Assembly: GCF_009914755.1 (NCBI RefSeq)
Contig: NC_060931.1
DNA from: the human T2T-CHM13v2.0 reference genome, Homo sapiens
DNA: 64,000 nucleotides
Strand: one strand, 5' to 3'
The translations under genes were made by a program, and so were the position numbers. The notes beneath the pieces were generated by a model, which was not told the origin of the DNA, made no database searches, and saw nothing but the letters and a program-made list of their open reading frames with translations. Shown piece after piece: positions 1 to 40,423 of this stretch; the stretch's first letter is position 1, and each line of letters opens with the position of its first letter.

Positions 1-354
1 ATCGTGATCCAGCACTGCGAGCTGAGTACATTGCCACCCTAGCCAGATCCAGGTCCCATTAATAAGGAAGAGTAGGAGGCAGGTTTGGCTGTTAGGTCAG
101 CATCCCACCGTGCTGCCAATCCTGCCGCCTCTGAACTCATCACAATGCTAGTGGTGCTATCCCCCATCCCTGGGAACTCATGGGCTGTGAATAAGGGTGG
201 GGGGCCCCAGCTGGAAAGGGCCAAGGATGCTAAGAGACCAAAAAATGACACTGTCCCCCACATGACTGCATCTATGGCTATTCCATGCTTGACTGGATCT
301 GCTTCCTGAGTGCATGATTGTGGTTTTTGGTTTTAGGGTGAAGTCAGACTTTCA

Positions 355-1493
<1,139 letters not shown>

Positions 1494-1499
1494 AGATCT

Positions 1500-2570
1500 C
1501 CTTTGCTGAGTAATTTGACCCTCCCTCCTCAGGGTTTGTTGGTTTTGCTGCTTATCATTGTCATTGTTGCTATTTGTGTGTTTAGTGACTTTCCTAACAA
1601 ATTCTGTAAAACCTGTATTCTTTGTTGTGTTTGGACTCTGAAGTCTCTGCTCGGTCAGCTTAGTTGGTCAGTGGAAGATGAGAGATTTCCTTGAATGTCT
1701 TGAACCACCGCATCTCCCAGTCTTTGCCTAGGAGCTCTGTGTGTGTGTTGGAATGTGCCTCCAACCCCCTGGCAGGCAGTCTGCAATTTGCTGTAGCCTT
1801 TACTTCCTGCTTGCACAGAGCCTCCAGGGCAGCAGAGGCGAGCGGTCAGGGCCTTGGCTGTCTTTCTTGGGCATGTGCACTGCTCTGGTGGCCCTCTAGA
1901 GTCCCAGCTTTTCCTTTTAAGCTTTTTGGTCAGTTTCTTGTTTGTGTCAATCGTTACTGCTGTCTTGGTTGGTGGGATGTTAAACAGTTGTCACTGATGG
2001 TTTTTGACAAACGCCCAGGGGAAAATGCTGTTCACGTTGAGTGAGCTCAACTCAATACTGAGTCAGAGCAACTAAAGACAAGCCTTGCAGGTAGACGTTT
2101 CCAGGGAACTGCTAGACAGGTCAACTAGGGCCAGTACCCTGGGAGTGGAACTTCCAACAGCTCCCAACCCAGTCAGCCTCCTCCCATTTTTACAGCTACT
2201 GTGGCAGGGGGGCTCTTGGTTTTCAAGACTCCCTCAGATCTGGGGAGAGGGAGACGGGAAATTAAAACTCACAGAACTCACACTCTTAGTGAGGTTCAGG
2301 CATTTGAACAGCTCGAGGAGCATTTCCAGAGTTCTGAAAAAGTTGATTTTTAGGATTTTTGCCAGTGTTCTGTTACCTTTATGGAGGAGCAGATTTTTGG
2401 AGGCCCTTACTCTTCCATTCATCCCTTTAGATTTTAACTTTCAAACAGCACTGCATTTGAAGTATGTTTCCTGTACGTCAAATGTTTGGGTTATGTTTTT
2501 TAATTCATTCTGACAGTCTGTCTCTTTCTTGATATGTTTGGATTCAAGGCTACCATTTAATTTGTTTTTT
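1500..2570 (-). mobile_element. Ancient L1M (L1MD/L1ME-like) fragment
   Basis: T-rich degenerate sequence resembling antisense old L1M; recognised by eye, subfamily uncertain. Confidence 0.5.
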
Positions 2571-2574
2571 GTTT

Positions 2575-4256
<1,682 letters not shown>

Positions 4257-4697
4257 TCATTTTGTGAGAGTAAGCAAGCTTTTCCAGTTATCTGCTGGAA
4301 AGAAATGGGAGTAATGTGGTAATACCGAGTTGCGCCCCAAGGTGGCTTTGGTGCGCCGTGGGTCCTGGATGGACTCAGAGGCACAGATCACTCAAGCTAT
4401 TTTGGCTCTTCTCCTAAAAAGCAGGAGGGGCAGCTGGCTGGGTGTTCTGTTGTTGGAGAGGACATCTCACCGCTTGTTTTCTGTGCTGATCCAGTAGCTC
4501 AGGGAAGACTCCCGGCAGTGTGGGACTTGTGTCTGAAATGACAGCATAGGATGACATTAAGCCAATGTGGATTATTCTGCAGCCTTGAACTCCCCAGATG
4601 ATGTATTCCCACACCACTCTTACTTATCCTAACATAGGCCTGCCCATCAAAGAAATCCAGGGCGCCCTTAGGGGATTTGTTACTAGGTACATCTAGA

Positions 4698-4928
4698 GCA
4701 GAGCTTCTCCACAGTTGCACTACTGATGCCTCAGGCTGGAAAATGCTGTGTCCTGAGGGGCTGTGTCTTGGTCACTGCAGGGTGTCTCGTGGCATCCTAG
4801 TGTCTACCCTCCCGAGGCCAGGAGCACCCACCTTCCCCCAGTCATCAGCAATTGGATGTCTCCAGACACGACCAGATGCACCCCAGTGGGGGAGGAGGAC
4901 GGAATTGTTCCTGTCTGAGAGCTCCTGA
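4698..4928 (-). mobile_element. MER20-like hAT-Charlie DNA transposon
   Basis: Collinear with the reverse complement of the MER20 consensus as recalled (GCACTACTGA...GGGGCTGT...GGCATCCT...TCTACCC...ATGTCTCCAGACA); length about 230 bp. Confidence 0.7.
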
Positions 4929-5126
4929 TCTAGGGGCAGGTATCCAGTGTCCAGAAGGCACTCAGCATGTGTTTGGATCAAACTGTTTCTTTCAGAGCCA
5001 AAATCCTTCAACATAATATGTTGGAAAACTACCCACGTCCTTTGTGTCTTTGGAAAAAGAGATACTCTATGATCATTTTAGAAATTTTTAAAATATGCAG
5101 AAAAGAACAACATCAAAAATAAAAGT

Positions 5127-7450
<2,324 letters not shown>

Positions 7451-7865
7451 ACCCACACCCGCCCATGAGGCGATGCTGCGTGAAACCCTGTCAGCAGCCC
7501 CAGTGTTCCTGGCCCTCACGGTCTGGCCCCTTCCGGTCTCCACCATGCTGGTCTGTTCACTCCCTTCCACATGCCCCCAGCTCTCTGTCCCTCAGCCTCG
7601 CTGCATGTGCTTAGGCTGCCTGTACTCTGTTCACGCCGCCTGACTTCTCATCTGACTGGAGAAGCTCTCTTCACCTTCAGCTTCCTCTTACAATGCTTTC
7701 TGTTTGTGTAAAGCCTCTCCTCACCTTCCTCCGGCCCCCGGCCCTAGAAGTCGCCTTTCCTGCCAGCCTGCCCCATGGGGTTGTGTGTGCCCTTGGCTGC
7801 AGGCCCTGCCAAATCAGATAAGGTGCTTGTCCATTCAGCTATGTCAGTTCCATCTTTTTCAAAAT

Positions 7866-12110
<4,245 letters not shown>

Positions 12111-12346
12111 TCTTGTATCACCAACATGAAGCATAGTAACTAACAGGAAATAGCCACTTGATGATTTCTTACTGTTATGTATTTGTTATGTTGAAGGAAT
12201 GAACTGGGGTAATTTTGTCAAATTGCCAAATGACTTGTCTGTGCCCCCGGTTTCTGGGTTTCTCCTCCCTGAGAATGATACTCTTGGACCCTGACAGTGG
12301 GTCTTCCACACACATAAAATCCCTTGTGTTGACTATTAGTGAGATA

Positions 12347-15597
<3,251 letters not shown>

Positions 15598-16649
15598 TCC
15601 CCGTTTGAACTTTCAAAGCTAATCATGCTGTGTGGTATGAGGTTGAGGGGAAAAAGGGATGCCCCAAATTAATGAAACTAAATCTTCCAGATGCTTTCGC
15701 CAGCGCCGTGCGTGTTCTGTGTTCTTTCTGCGGTCCCATCCTGGGTATGACAGTGAATTTTAGGCTGGGCTGTGCCTTCGGCTGTGCAGGGCCTCCTGCT
15801 TAGAGGCCCTTTGTCTGACCTTTGGTGACACAGCAGTAGCAGCGCTCAGGGTCTGTAGTGGGCGTGTGGGTGGCCAGGGCAAGCCCTGCACATGTGCCTC
15901 AAGGAGCATTGGCTGGCCCGGGTGAGCCCACCCATTTGTGAGTTGCTGAGGCCACCGTGCCTGCGGCCGGCGTCCTGGCATGGCTGAGCCGGGCCATCTG
16001 CTGCCTTGTGGTCTCTGCCTCTGCCTTTCCAACTCTCACTTGTCCTCCTGCTCCCGCGTGAAGACGGGGAGGGGAGGAGTTGGGAACACGTCCTCATGCT
16101 CGGCTTCTGGCTGGCAGTCATGATGGGGGACAGGGAACCTGTGCTGCTCACAGGTGTCAGGAGGGGCTTCCTGGGCCATGCTTGGGAGGAGCTGGGAAGC
16201 TGGCGTATGTGTGGGGGGCAGAGCCCTCTGCCACACAGGTTTCGGAAATCCTTTTGCAGACGGCAGTGAGAACTTGAGACTTCAGTGAGAGTGTTGTCAG
16301 CCTGGCGTTAGTGTTGAAGAGCTGGGTCAGGAAGTTGCCCACCCAAGAGGCAACTTGAGCCATGTAAAAGTAGTGCGTGGTTTATGGGGTGTCGGGTCTT
16401 GCGTGTGCCTCTGGGCCTTTGGGTAAAGATGGGGTGCACCCGTGAGAGCAGTGGTAGATCAGGTCTGTGAGCCACCCTTACTCCTGGGGAATGGCTCAGA
16501 GGACTGGTGGACGTGAGGCATGACCCTGGTTTCTTGCCATGCGGTCTAGGAACAGGGACTTTTGACTTCCCATCAGCTCTCCTCTTTGAAAGCACCCTTG
16601 ACCCTGAACGATTTTGCATGTCTGTAATTTGAATGTCGTGTGGTTACAG

Positions 16650-16747
16650 GACCCGGTCAGCCCAAGGAGCAGGGGTCCAGCAGCTCTGCGGAGGCATCTG
16701 GAACAGAGGAGGAGGAGGAAGTGCCCAGTTTCACCATGGGGCGATGA
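16650..16747 (+). CDS. PRKRIP1: PRKR-interacting protein 1, last coding exon (upstream exons lie left of the window)
   Basis: Acceptor TTACAG|GA, phase 1; translates (G)[31 protein letters not shown], the recognised PRKRIP1 C-terminus; this frame is not in the ORF track. Confidence 0.93.
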
Positions 16748-18305
16748 CAATGTTTGCCACAGCCTCTGCCTGGAACCTGGCTCGTGCTGTGACCAGAAGG
16801 GAAAGGCGGCTGTTTGGCTCTTTCTCCCCCGCAAGGACCCGCTGACCCGCTGGATGGAGAGCAAAGGAGACCCCTCCCGAGCCGCTCACAGTCCTGTATT
16901 TGGCAGGTTTGGGAGCCTGAGGGGCCATCTCCCTGACACTCAGAGGCACTGCCTTGCAGACACCATCCGTGCTCCTGGTAAAGGGGGACAGAGAGCCTCA
17001 CCTTGCCACATATTTGAACAGTGATGAGTTTGGGGCTGGTTTCTGGGAAGGGAACGTTTATTTAGTAAAGAGCAGAACACCCTTGCGTTTTGTTGGGACA
17101 TGTGGACCGTGAGTCGCAAACACTCTGGAGAAGGCTGAGATGCCACCATTCCCACGGGGACTGAAGACACATTACGTGGACCTGGTCCCAGGCTCAGTGA
17201 GGAGATGGCCTCAGCTGTGGGGCTGGTCCATGTTGCCCACTCACTCCAGTGGGAAGTGGGGACCACGCCATAGAGGGTCTGCTCCCACTGCAGCTCCCGG
17301 TGCTCTCGTGTTCTGGGAAGGCCTGGGTGTGTGCACAAGGAGGCCCGGGCCAGGGACTTCACCAGGGGCTGGGTCACAAGGGCACAGCGTGTGTGGAAAG
17401 CGCTGTGGGGGAAGAGCCGGTCACCGGAGAGTGAGCAGGCGGAGACTCCAAGCTGGGCTGAGCCAGAGCAGAAGGCGAGGGATTCCCAGCCGGACGGGGG
17501 TTCTCTCACCAACAGCTGTGATTTCATCCCGAAGTGGAAGGGGGTCTAAACAGAACAGGCTGAGAGAGGCGGGACTGGGTCAAGTGGGTGGAGCTCCTCC
17601 TTGCATGACTGCAACTGTCGGGGCTTTCCGCCGGCTCACAGCAGTTGGGGCCAGCGGGGAGAAGAGAGGCGGAACTGCTGTGTCCTCATGTGGCGCAGCC
17701 TCAAACTGGCATCCAGGCACTGGGCCCGTGCAGAGAAGGCACCTGCAGAGAGCAGGGCAGCCCGGCGCAGGGGCATGCGCCTAGAATCCCAGCTACTCGG
17801 AAGGCCAAGGCAGGAGGACCGCTTGAGTCCAGGGATTCAAGGCCAACCTGGGCAATAGAGCGAGACCCTGTCTCTTAAAAAACGATGATGATGAACACAG
17901 AGGACGGGGCACTGTGCTGGGAGCCAGGGGGCCTGGGAGGAGCCGAGACCAGCCTTTTACCTCGGGGTTTTGAGGCCAACAGGGACGACAGAGACAGTTT
18001 CTAGTTAGAGCCTTGGCTCCATTTTTGGATGATTTAGCCCCGAGTTCCTGAGTCTATTTTATGCCCCTTACGTACTTTGATAGAACTAAGGAAATAGTGG
18101 TTTTGAGTGAAGGGAAAGGAAACCCAGAAACATTTTACGTTGCTTTTACTTCTGTAGTGTAGATTGCCCCGGCCCCTCTCTGAGCCCTGTAGCATCTGTG
18201 ATAGCTTCTGTCCCTTCATCGGTTCATGTCACAGGGATTTTCTTTCCCAGGAAGCGGACACGGAGAGTCAGCCCTAATAAATGAGCACATGCCCTGGCTG
18301 TACAT
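16748..18305 (+). other. PRKRIP1: PRKRIP1 3'UTR (contains an Alu monomer at about 17760-17885)
   Basis: Runs from the TGA to an AATAAA followed by GU/U-rich sequence; 3' end approximate. Confidence 0.8.
18276..18281 (+). terminator. PRKRIP1 polyadenylation signal
   Basis: AATAAA followed 30-80 nt later by TGTTTTTCTCTGTCT...GGTTTGTGTTTCGGTTTT. Confidence 0.85.
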
Positions 18306-18970
18306 TTTGAAACCTGTTTTTCTCTGTCTGGGACTGGCTGGTTTGTGTTTCGGTTTTAGTTCTCCTATCTTTGGACTGTTGGTTTCCATCCCTCTCCCCA
18401 CCCCCACATGTGTCACAGCCCCTGCCCTGAGTCTGCAACCTGGAGCTTGTGGGCCGCCTCAGTGCTGGGGAGGGTGCTGGGGCTTGGAGCCTGATGACCT
18501 GGCTTTGAATCCTGCCCCTGCCTCTGGTAAGCCAGGGGACTGTCAGCAAGTCCCTTCCTGCCTCTGCCAGCTCACTGGGCCAAGAGAGACAGTCGCCACA
18601 GGTGTGTGTTGGGTGGGTGGGCACATGGCGACACAGCAGGATGCCAGGTTGCGGTGGGCTTCACCCCCACGGGGTGCAGGAGATGATATTTAGGCAGGAC
18701 ATGTCCTGTAGCCATTTCTGGCCATTAGTACTAGGTCATCAGGACCTTAAGTTGAGAGATTCTTTCTTCAGGGCATCACTTATTTAGGAAAAGAAGAACA
18801 AACAGATGTCATCATTGAGAAAGGATTGGGTGATACTGAGAGCCCCTGCCCTCCCCCCGACAAAAAAAAACCACCATTAGGGGAGAATCATGAAGTAATG
18901 TCCCTCATTGCTCATGGGTGGGAAGGAGTCTGGAACTGAACACAGAGGTGTAGGTAACAGAATCGTCTCA

Positions 18971-21690
<2,720 letters not shown>

Positions 21691-21699
21691 TCCTCTGGG

Positions 21700-24626
<2,927 letters not shown>

Positions 24627-24639
24627 TCCTGTGAAAACT

Positions 24640-25640
24640 CGGGCGTGGCCAGACGGATTGTCCCCTCCCCACCTTCCTTTCCCCTCCACTGCCCACCTGC
24701 ACCCGCCCGCCCTGTCCCCACTCCCCGCCCCTCTACGCAGCCAGCGTCCAATGCTGGGCACCCCCCGAGGCTCACCCTGCCAAGCCTGGGGCTCCCCTTT
24801 TGCGCCCGGACCCAGGGGCAGGGAAAGCCCAGCTCGTGGTCTGTGGGTAGCCGGACCCCCGATGGGGCGGTGGGGGGCCTCGCCTTGACTCCCAGAGCTG
24901 GGGCCGGGGACAGGAGCTGGGGCAGGAGGGATGCGCGCGGGTCGGGGTCTTCCCACCTCCCCTGCTCCTCTCCCTCGCGCGATCCCGGGGTGGTTCCAGG
25001 TGAGGCGGGGACCCCCACCCCCCCCACTCTCCGAGGAGGCGCCGCCAGCCCCGCCCCTCCCGGCCCGGCGGGTGACGTGGCCGCGGCTCTCCCGCGGGTG
25101 GGTCACGTGTTGGCGGCGCCTGGTTGCCTTGGCAGCGGCTGCGGCGGCCGCGGGGGCGGGGTGGAGGCGGGGCCGGGGGACCCCGCGCGACCGGCGGAAG
25201 GAGGGAGGGGGCCGCGCTCGGCGCCCCGGCCGGGCCACTGGGCCACAGGCCACGCGGCCACGCAGTCCGAGCGGGAGCCGAGCCGGGCGGGGCGAGGGCA
25301 GCTCCGGTGAGTGTGGCGGCGCGGGGGCCTGGCGCGGGGAGCGGGGTCCCTGCGGCTGGGGGGGCCGGAATTGGACCGGGGACGCTCGGCGGGGAAGGGG
25401 ACGACTGTAGGCTGCCCGGGCGCGGTCACTACCCATCCGGGGTTGGTGACCTCCACCCCGCGGGATCCCTGGCGGGGTGCGGCGCCCAGAGGATCAGGGT
25501 CGGCGGCGCAGCCGGTTCCGGACACCGGGGCGTCCCTGGGGGAGGGACAGGGATGCAGCCTAGCGCCCCTGGGAGGCCCCCTCCCAGTGCGCCTGCTGGA
25601 GAGAGACACTCGCCATTGCCGGTGCCCCAGATGCTTAGAG
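24640..25640 (+). promoter_or_regulatory. ORAI2: ORAI2 CpG-island promoter
   Basis: Very high GC and CpG density; GC boxes; TGACGTGG 25073-25080; GTCACGTG 25102-25109; GTTGCCTTGGCAGC 25123-25136; GGCGGAAG 25193-25200. Confidence 0.9.
25200..25306 (+). other. ORAI2: ORAI2 non-coding exon 1 (start approximate)
   Basis: Consensus donor CCG|GTGAGT at 25306/25307 inside the CpG island; no ATG in the exon. Confidence 0.8.
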
Positions 25641-26150
25641 GAAGTCAAACTCCAAGACCGCCCTCTGGAAATGTGTCCAGTAGGCCAGCCAGGAAGAAAA
25701 GCTCATCTCTAGAGAGGGGATCGCGTTATTCTACAAGACCTGTTTTCTCGGACTGCTCATTAAAGCAAAAAAAAAAAAAAAAAAAAAAAGCAACCCCACA
25801 AGGTTCAGTCCCGGAGCATCCTCTAGGGTCTGTGCCACCTGACAGAAGTACAGGGCTCCATCCTGCCCCACCCCACCCCCTGCCTGGGATCCAGTGTGAG
25901 GCCCAGACTCTGTCCCTCCCCCTGGGCCACCGGGCCTGGCACACACAGTTGGCATTGGGAACATAAAGGATGGATTTGAACCCCCTCCTGGGCTGCTCCT
26001 TCGAGACCTGGAGACCTGTCTCAAGACCCAGCTCCAGGCAGACAGACATCGTTTCCTCCACAATCCCACCCACTCTGGGGACATCTGCAGGGCCTCACCG
26101 ATGGGGCATGGGAGGCCTGGCGGCTCCCAGGAAGCCACCCTCAGCCCTCA

Positions 26151-27570
<1,420 letters not shown>

Positions 27571-27867
27571 CACATCCCCTTACCTTGCTCCCCTACTGGG
27601 AGGCCATGAATTCTGGCCTCTTTCATCTTGGATCTTTAAGTACCAAGTGCGCTAAGCACCTGTGTGATGGAGGAGGGAGGACGGAGGGAGCAAAGGTTAG
27701 CGTCTCACCCCTCCAGTCTCTGTATACTGCGGTCATCAGACCTGCATGCTCAATTCTGTTAACTATGGGGGTGGGGGGAGAGGAAAAATGCAGTTTCCAA
27801 ATTACAGCATTTTCTATTATGTGGAGCTAACCTACGGATTGCAGCGTTTCTCTGAATTCTCCCCAAG

Positions 27868-27976
27868 GGAAGGAACGTCCCAGGGATGGAAGTGCTTGGA
27901 TGCGGTGCTGCTGGCTGCGGATGTGCGCAAGGAGATGGGATGGAGAGCCTGAGTTGGCATTCGTATAAATGACCTG
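27868..27976 (+). other. ORAI2: ORAI2 optional 5'UTR exon 2 (109 nt)
   Basis: Acceptor TTCTCCCCAAG|G and donor CTG|GTAATT; sequence recalled from the ORAI2 mRNA leader. Confidence 0.75.
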
Positions 27977-28279
27977 GTAATTGGCATCCCCTGGCAGAAA
28001 TAGCACAGAACTGTTCCCAGAGGTCTTGTTGGCCAGGGAAGGCTGTGGCTTTGTAGCCTTGTTGAGAACAAAGGGAAAGGCGACACTGTTTTCCACCTCC
28101 AGCACCTTCCTGCGTAATTTCCAAATTGGGGCATTTTCAATTATGGGGGGCTCGACTCTGGCATGGATGGACTAAGTTTGGGGCATTTCCTCAGCTGCTG
28201 ACCCTGTTAAGCACTCCCCACTCCACCCGTCCACCCCAGCCACGCTCCCTGGGACCTAGAAACACGGATCTGTGTGTAA

Positions 28280-30436
<2,157 letters not shown>

Positions 30437-30599
30437 CATAACTTTAGGTCCTGGGCACTTTCTAAACCCCTGGGCTCTGGCGTGGGCTGTATATGGCAGC
30501 CTCTGTAGGTTGAATGGGCTTGGAGTCTAGCTCTTCCAGGCCGCAGTAACCTAGGATGTCTGAGCATGTCTCTCTCCCACCCTTAGCCTGGCTCCCACC

Positions 30600-30824
30600 A
30601 TGAGTGCTGAGCTTAACGTGCCTATCGACCCCTCTGCTCCTGCCTGCCCTGAGCCCGGCCATAAGGGCATGGATTACCGGGACTGGGTCCGCCGCAGCTA
30701 CCTGGAACTGGTCACCTCTAACCACCACTCGGTACAGGCCCTGTCGTGGCGGAAGCTCTACCTGAGCAGGGCCAAGCTGAAGGCCTCCAGCAGGACCTCC
30801 GCCCTCCTCTCCGGCTTTGCCATG
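30600..30824 (+). CDS. ORAI2: ORAI2 calcium release-activated calcium channel, coding exon 1 (aa 1-75; exon starts at 30587)
   Basis: Acceptor CCCTTAG|C, Kozak CCACCATG; [14 protein letters not shown]...[28 protein letters not shown] is the Orai N-terminus/TM1 signature; donor ATG|GTGAGT. Confidence 0.98.
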
Positions 30825-31119
30825 GTGAGTGTGGGCGCCAAGTGAGGAGCACACTGGTCAGATGGGCTTTGCTAACTGAGGTCCCGGGATGCCTCAGGGA
30901 CCAGAGCCTTCCCTCCAGTCTCTGGCAGCCAGGATGGACCAGTAGGAAGCATCCACCCACGTCCCAGCTGCTCTAAGAGGACGACTCTATCAGTGCGAGT
31001 GGGGGCGCTGGGAGTTGCCAGGGGCTCCCAGCTCTAGAATCTTCAGAAAGCCCACTTTGTCCTGTTCACATCAAGTATTTGCTTAGCAAGGAGGGAGGTT
31101 GGTGCGGGGTAATTATAGT

Positions 31120-37926
<6,807 letters not shown>

Positions 37927-38141
37927 TAGAACAAAGGAAAATGTGAAACATTTGATCAGTGAGGAGGTTGCCCTCTGGTCTTCCAGGGCCCAGAACATGG
38001 GTGAGTCCTGCCAGCAGGCAAGCCCATGGCTACCCTGTCCCCCGAACCTGGCCCAGCCCCTGCTCTGCCTGGCAGGTGGCCCTGGTGGGGCCATACCTTG
38101 CCCTCTCCACACCCAGCACCACTCGTCTGCTGTCCCCGCAG

Positions 38142-38681
38142 GTGGCCATGGTGGAGGTGCAGCTGGAGACGCAGTACCAGTACCCGCGGCCGCTGCTGAT
38201 TGCCTTCAGCGCCTGCACCACGGTGCTGGTGGCCGTGCACCTGTTCGCCCTCCTCATCAGCACCTGCATCCTGCCCAATGTGGAGGCCGTGAGCAACATC
38301 CACAACCTGAACTCCATCAGCGAGTCCCCGCATGAGCGCATGCACCCCTACATCGAGCTGGCCTGGGGCTTCTCCACCGTGCTTGGCATCCTACTCTTCC
38401 TGGCCGAGGTGGTGCTGCTCTGCTGGATCAAGTTCCTCCCCGTGGATGCCCGGCGCCAGCCTGGCCCCCCACCTGGCCCTGGGAGTCACACGGGCTGGCA
38501 GGCCGCCCTGGTGTCCACCATCATCATGGTGCCCGTGGGCCTCATCTTCGTGGTCTTCACCATCCACTTCTACCGCTCCCTGGTGCGCCACAAAACGGAG
38601 CGCCACAACCGCGAGATCGAGGAGCTCCACAAGCTCAAGGTCCAGCTGGACGGGCATGAGCGCAGCCTGCAGGTCTTGTGA
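38142..38681 (+). CDS. ORAI2: ORAI2 coding exon 2 (aa 76-254 plus stop)
   Basis: Acceptor TCCCCGCAG|GTG; VAMVEVQL contains the selectivity-filter Glu80; TM2-TM4 and C-terminal coiled coil ...[10 protein letters not shown]; 75+179=254 aa. Confidence 0.98.
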   Translation: MAMVEVQLETQYQYPRPLLIAFSACTTVLVAVHLFALLISTCILPNVEAVSNIHNLNSISESPHERMHPYIELAWGFSTVLGILLFLAEVVLLCWIKFLPVDARRQPGPPPGPGSHTGWQAALVSTIIMVPVGLIFVVFTIHFYRSLVRHKTERHNREIEELHKLKVQLDGHERSLQVL

Positions 38682-40104
38682 GGGGCCGAGGGCCGGGGCT
38701 GGGAGCGGCCCTGTGCCCGGGAGTCCGCAGAGGCGGGGATTTGTCAGATGCAGACATTTTGCAAGGCTGCCGGGTAGTTCAAGACCAAAGTTTTCCTCTT
38801 GTCTTAATACCATAAGGACTGGATGACTTCTCCTGAGATAGAACCGTTTGGTTCAATGAGGGACTGTGTTGCTAAGAGCGTTGGGGGCAAAGCCAGGCTG
38901 GTTCCTTGGCCTCGGGGTTTCCTGGGTCGGGGACACGGTGAAGAGGCTCCAGCGGGACCTGCCCATCAGTCCTGGGCCAGGAGGGGCTCCAAGCAGCACC
39001 CAGCGGTCCGGGGGAGTCTCAGACCCGGCATGCGTGGCTGGCAGACCTGGGAGAGCCAGGGCAGGGTTTTGCGTTCAGAGAAGGATTGCCCCAGAGACCC
39101 GTGGTGGACTTCATGGGTGCTGAGTGGCCCGTGTGACAGTGATGACACGAAGGCTTCGGCGTTTGAGTGGGTGCAGGTGCACGCCAGGGCTTGGTGCTTC
39201 CCTGCCTGGCCCTGGAGGGAGCTGGGTGGCCTGGCTTCAGGGGAAGACAGGAGCCAGGACACACGTCAGCCCAGCAGGTGTGGGGGGTGCTGCAGCCCTC
39301 GGCAGTGGGGTCAGGCCCTGGGGGATGTTTCCAATGGTGGGCAGCCTGGCCAGGCCGGAGAAGACATGTTCACGGGCATCTATCAGATGCCCCCTTGAGG
39401 AGGCTGAGTTATTTGAGGGCTGCTGCAAAGTACGCTAGGCTCAAATTCTCTTTTCCCAGCCAGAGCCCTGGCCACACGGACTCAGAGGGGCCACCGGGGT
39501 GGGGAAAGGACCCCTCCCCCACCCCCCGCAGCCACTGGCCTCCAGCTCTCGGCCACAGAATGGCCTCTAAGGCTGACTCAGCCACTCCCTTGGGCTGTGG
39601 CAGCAGGAGGCGGGGGCTCTGGCTCAGGCCCCGGAGCCTGTGCAGCTTGCCCATGGCCCTAGGCAGCGAGGGGACAGCCTGGGGGACTTCCTGCCTAGGC
39701 AAGGTCATTGGCCGGGCCTGGCCTGTGGATAGTGGGGCCAGGGGCCGGCCCAGGCCAAATGAGTGCCCTCCTTGTTATGACACCAAGTGACTACAAGGGA
39801 GGCAAGACCCCTCCAGGCCTCTCAGCCGACACTGGGTCCCACCACACACAGTGACTGTGCCGTGCAGTGCAGGTTCTGGCCTTTTCCTTGAAGGCATCTG
39901 GTAGACCCGAAGCCACGCTCTCGGGCCGCACATGCACGCCGCAGCACCAGCTGCCCTGAGCTGCTTGTACAACCAAACACCTTTCCCCTCTTCTCCAGCT
40001 GTAACCTGGAGAGTCAGCCATGCCTTGTCTTTTGTTCTCATAAATAGTCACTGGGGCCGGGCGCAGTGACTCACGCCTGTAATCCCAGCACTTTGGGAGG
40101 CCTA

Positions 40105-40423
<319 letters not shown>

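Noticed and set aside
39-309. Short overlapping ORFs, one with a signal-peptide-like start
   Set aside because: 74 aa, no recognisable family, no supporting exon structure; consistent with chance in intronic sequence
16614-17784. 136-aa, 195-aa and 214-aa ORFs over the PRKRIP1 last exon and 3'UTR
   Set aside because: Alternative or antisense frames in GC-rich UTR; the real frame ends at 16747
37959-38141. N-terminal part of the 240-aa ORF
   Set aside because: Intronic read-through upstream of the true acceptor at 38141/38142
38823-39790. 191-aa and 207-aa ORFs downstream of ORAI2
   Set aside because: GC-rich 3'UTR with no homology or domain signal
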